Below are positions 46,550-49,340 of a DNA stretch of 49,340 nt, piece by piece; the first letter of the stretch is position 1, and each line of letters begins with the position of its first letter. The notes under the pieces are model-generated. The model was not told where the DNA came from, searched no databases, and saw nothing but the letters and a program-made list of their open reading frames with translations. Made by a program: the position numbers and the translations under genes. This DNA comes from Nitrospirota bacterium (GTDB lineage: Bacteria > Nitrospirota > UBA9217): the NCBI GenBank assembly GCA_029858565.1, contig JAOUEV010000022.1, positions 1 through 49,340 of the forward strand, written 5' to 3'.

Positions 46550-46609
46550 GATGAACGGCTCGGCTAAGGGGCGCGGTTTTAGCGATCCTCTCAAGCCGAA
46601 TGGTTAGAA
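46550..46609 (-). other. attC site
   Basis: Minus strand TTCTAAC-CATTCGGCTTGAG...CTTAGCCGAGCC-GTTCATC, 60 bp, immediately after the stop codon. Confidence 0.8.
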
Positions 46610-46610
46610 C

Positions 46611-47132
46611 TCACTTCTTGAATTTCGCGGTGTATTTCCGCTTCCGTGAAAACCAGTTCTTAAAATCTTGCTGTAAATAATAAAAACCTTCCAAAGTTCC
46701 CTCTATAATTATTGAATCAATCTTAATATCGCAGGCATACTTGAGAGGGAACACGTCTGTTGACGGCTTGCCCATCATTTTCAAGAAGTCACTTATTTCG
46801 GTTGAATTAGGTTCTCGAATGCCATGCCAAAAAGGTATTTGTCCTTGATCAGTGATGATATTCGGTTGAATAATTCCAAGATCGGTTTCTTCATCCCTGC
46901 CAAAAGGTGGATATAAAAAACCGCGCGCCTCTGCCCCATCTGATAAAGTGAAAGTCGCTGTAGTGACAAACATGGCCGCGGGAAGGTCATTCGGTATCTG
47001 CGATACGAATGGCCTTACCGTAGCTTCATCCTGGCCTTCTACGCCTTCCTCGTCCAGCGCAAATTCCCAAAGAGAATATTGCTTAAAATCCTCCAGGGTA
47101 AGATCGTAAACTTGTTTTCTGATTTTCATCAT
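46611..47132 (-). CDS. Hypothetical protein, integron gene cassette
   Basis: Starts 7 nt after the GTTAGTT core and ends 1 nt before an attC; WEFALDEEGVEGQDEATVRP; AT-rich. Confidence 0.85.
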   Translation of the reverse strand: MMKIRKQVYDLTLEDFKQYSLWEFALDEEGVEGQDEATVRPFVSQIPNDLPAAMFVTTATFTLSDGAEARGFLYPPFGRDEETDLGIIQPNIITDQGQIPFWHGIREPNSTEISDFLKMMGKPSTDVFPLKYACDIKIDSIIIEGTLEGFYYLQQDFKNWFSRKRKYTAKFKK

Positions 47133-47139
47133 AACCTCA

Positions 47140-47195
47140 AACTAACGACGAGTTCACACGCCGCGTATCGGTCGGCGTGGAACGACATGTTGTCT
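47140..47195 (-). other. attC site
   Basis: Minus strand AGACAAC-ATGTCGTTCCACGCCG...CGGCGTGTGAACTCGTC-GTTAGTT; GTTCCAC/GTGAAC boxes with an extrahelical base. Confidence 0.82.
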
Positions 47196-47248
47196 AATCG
47201 TGACCAACACAGCAAGCAACCACGAGAAATATGTTTGTAATAGCTAAC

Positions 47249-48265
47249 TCATTTCGAAGTTCTATTTTCATTCTCGCTAATTGTTTCAGCGCGTTTAATC
47301 GCGGCTTGCGCCTCTTTGCGTTTCCCAAGGTCGAAAAGTATCAGAGATTTCTCCACCCAAGCAGCATGAAATAAAGGGTCGAGGGATATCGCCTTCTCTA
47401 CTGAAAGTAGTGCTTTGGTCAAATCACCACGATGGTGCTGAACATAAGCCTTATCAAACCATGCTTCCTGAAATTGAGAATCTAGAGACGTTGCCTTGTC
47501 TAATTGCTTAATTACATCGTTGAGCTTAGATGATAATTCACCCATGTAGGCTGGATCTTCCTTTTGTATTGCATGATACAGAGCACTAGCTATAAAGAAA
47601 TAGTGCTCTGCAGAGGGTGCCTCAATTGTTTGCATGATCTGTGCAGATAAGTAGTAGTTCTGCGACTCGTATTGGGCCATGGCGCTTACATATGCCATTA
47701 AATCGATCATGTTGTTTATGTTTTGCTCTTTGAGTGCAATCTTTCTGACGTGACTGATATTGGGTCCTATTATTAGCGAAGGCGCTTCTATCTTGTCGGA
47801 TAAACTACTCGTCGTTATGAAATTATATATATACGGTCGGAATAAAAATTCTTCATCATGACGTAGTCTTCCAGAAATCACGATATGCGCTCCAAGCTCT
47901 TGCCCTAACTTATTAGCACGGATATCGCTTTCCGCAGAAAGGGGGTCGATCACCTCGTGAACGTTTACAATTTCTAACTCAATTCCCTTCTTTTCTTTTC
48001 GATTATTTATGCTCTCTGTGATGCGGTCTTTGAGTTGTTTGGCTTCATTGATTTCCTCATCTGAAACAGGTTGAAGATCTGTGATCGCTATTCGAAATCT
48101 ATTGACTGATCTTTGTTGAGCCGATATAGATGCTGAGGCCTTATCCGAACGCTGTCTTTTTGTTGCTTGATGCGAAAGTAAGCCCCAGACAGTGACAACA
48201 GCACCAATTATTGCAGCTGCTATTACCTTACTCCATACAGGGTCATTCCATATTTTCTTTATCAT
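47249..48265 (-). CDS. Membrane-anchored TPR protein, integron gene cassette
   Basis: N-terminal TM (WNDPVWSKVIAAAIIG), C-terminal TPRs. ATG 48265 chosen because the longer ORF starts inside the IS end. Confidence 0.8.
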   Translation of the reverse strand: MIKKIWNDPVWSKVIAAAIIGAVVTVWGLLSHQATKRQRSDKASASISAQQRSVNRFRIAITDLQPVSDEEINEAKQLKDRITESINNRKEKKGIELEIVNVHEVIDPLSAESDIRANKLGQELGAHIVISGRLRHDEEFLFRPYIYNFITTSSLSDKIEAPSLIIGPNISHVRKIALKEQNINNMIDLMAYVSAMAQYESQNYYLSAQIMQTIEAPSAEHYFFIASALYHAIQKEDPAYMGELSSKLNDVIKQLDKATSLDSQFQEAWFDKAYVQHHRGDLTKALLSVEKAISLDPLFHAAWVEKSLILFDLGKRKEAQAAIKRAETISENENRTSK

Positions 48266-48296
48266 ATTTTTGAAGTATTTCAGCTTTCCAGATAAC

Positions 48297-49340
48297 GAGT
48301 CTGTAGAAAAAGTCACTTTGCTAAAGGCTCTTTCTACGTTATATCGTCTTTGCTCTGTCCTGATCGTTCGGTTTAGTGTTTCAGAAAGGTGATCTGCTGC
48401 ATTCTATCATTAATTCTTACCGCGTTGCCTTTTATTTACTGCTCTTTGCTGCCCCACTTCTTGTTCCCTATGCAAACCCCGGCCCGTATCGATGTACTTT
48501 GAGTAGATTGTGCACAATGCAGTACAGCCGCCATTGGATGTCCACTTTCTTTTTCCCTCGTAGGCCGAATCTATCCAGACCAAGACTCGATCGGATGTCA
48601 GCAAAGACAGGCTCGACCGTCGCCATCCTTCTACTATATAGCAGCTTGCCTGTCACCGAGTCTATCTTCTCCCGCATCTTCTGCGTGAAGGTCTTATCTT
48701 TCTTTTCGGTCCTGCCGGTAAAGTGGGCAAACTGGCGGGTTACAGTCACCTCGGGGTTCTTCATACACTGTGCGCGTTGAGTGCAGGGGATGCAATCGCG
48801 CTTAGTTCCGTGATACTTGATAGAGTGCAGTCCGTGATGGAAGATGTTGCTGCCGCATTTGTACATCCGTTTGCCGGCCGGGCAGATGCAGAAGCTCTTG
48901 TCGGGGCTGACGGTGAAGTCTCTCGGCTGGAAGATGATCTTCCGGTCGAAGCGCTTGGCGACTTCTTTTTTGAATCGCTCCTTATGTCTGTCCGCCTTGG
49001 CAAACCGCGGGTCACGGTGGCGAAACTTGTTGTCGGCAATATAGGCGTCGATCCCGTTCTCGATGATGAACTCCATGTTTTTCTCAGAGTGGAAACCGGT
49101 ATCTCCTGACAGCTTGGTCTTCTCGAAGACGTTTTCTTCCTTCCCGATCTCCTGAAAGTTTTTCTGGGTGCTCTCGACCATGGGTTTCAGAATCGCCGGT
49201 TCGGAGTCGCCGGTTGCTTCGGCATGGACCACGATCTGATGCTTGCTATCCACCATGGCCACGCCGTTGTACCCCTGGATCACGCCGTGGGAGGTCTTCA
49301 TTGTGGCGCTTTCGTTATCGGTGATGTTGCTCTTCCGGGG
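48297..49340 (-). mobile_element. IS1182-family insertion sequence (3' part and right end)
   Basis: Terminal sequence GAGTCTGTAGAAAAAGTC at 48297-48314 is IS1182-like; transposase upstream. Confidence 0.8.
48468..49340 (-). CDS. IS1182-family DDE transposase (5' end outside the window)
   Basis: KSNITDNESATMKTSHGVIQGYN, GDTGFHSE, CPAGK, YSRRMATVEPVF, HNLLK. Confidence 0.92.
   Translation of the reverse strand, partial: PRKSNITDNESATMKTSHGVIQGYNGVAMVDSKHQIVVHAEATGDSEPAILKPMVESTQKNFQEIGKEENVFEKTKLSGDTGFHSEKNMEFIIENGIDAYIADNKFRHRDPRFAKADRHKERFKKEVAKRFDRKIIFQPRDFTVSPDKSFCICPAGKRMYKCGSNIFHHGLHSIKYHGTKRDCIPCTQRAQCMKNPEVTVTRQFAHFTGRTEKKDKTFTQKMREKIDSVTGKLLYSRRMATVEPVFADIRSSLGLDRFGLRGKKKVDIQWRLYCIVHNLLKVHRYGPGFA

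Noticed and set aside
48266-48316. N-terminal extension of the TPR ORF (MTFSTDSLSG...)
   Set aside because: The start lies inside the IS terminal repeat and crosses the cassette boundary.

Overview
GC-rich (about 60% by eye) bacterial chromosome segment. Gene content and protein style suggest Nitrospirota or a Desulfobacterota-like anaerobe (inference only). Core genes: VKOR (partial), NADP isocitrate dehydrogenase, dksA, tRNA-Val(CAC), an mfd-PPIase-surA-rlmI operon, a liv-type ABC transporter with paaK/paaI, csp, rlmA, HU and a TrxB-like reductase. Highlights: (1) an exported DsbA-family selenoprotein (in-frame UGA giving UPYC, SECIS-like hairpin 11 nt downstream) that the ORF track splits in two. 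(2) Two paralogous J-domain (HPD) proteins, each with four MshEN-like 24-aa motifs in 24-5-24 spacing, i.e. candidate c-di-GMP-sensing Hsp70 co-chaperones; one lies near HD-GYP and PilZ genes. (3) A decayed integron region at the right end with an intI 5' remnant, a candidate attI, two clear attC sites plus a weaker one, AT-rich cassette genes, and an IS1182-family element whose end abuts the GTT core of a cassette boundary (apparent attC targeting). (4) Several short-period (7-9 nt) inverted repeat elements in operon gaps, one inserted in frame in mfd. (5) Several unannotated small ORFs and a terminator-like hairpin in the csp leader. Family assignments come from motif recognition, not database searches.
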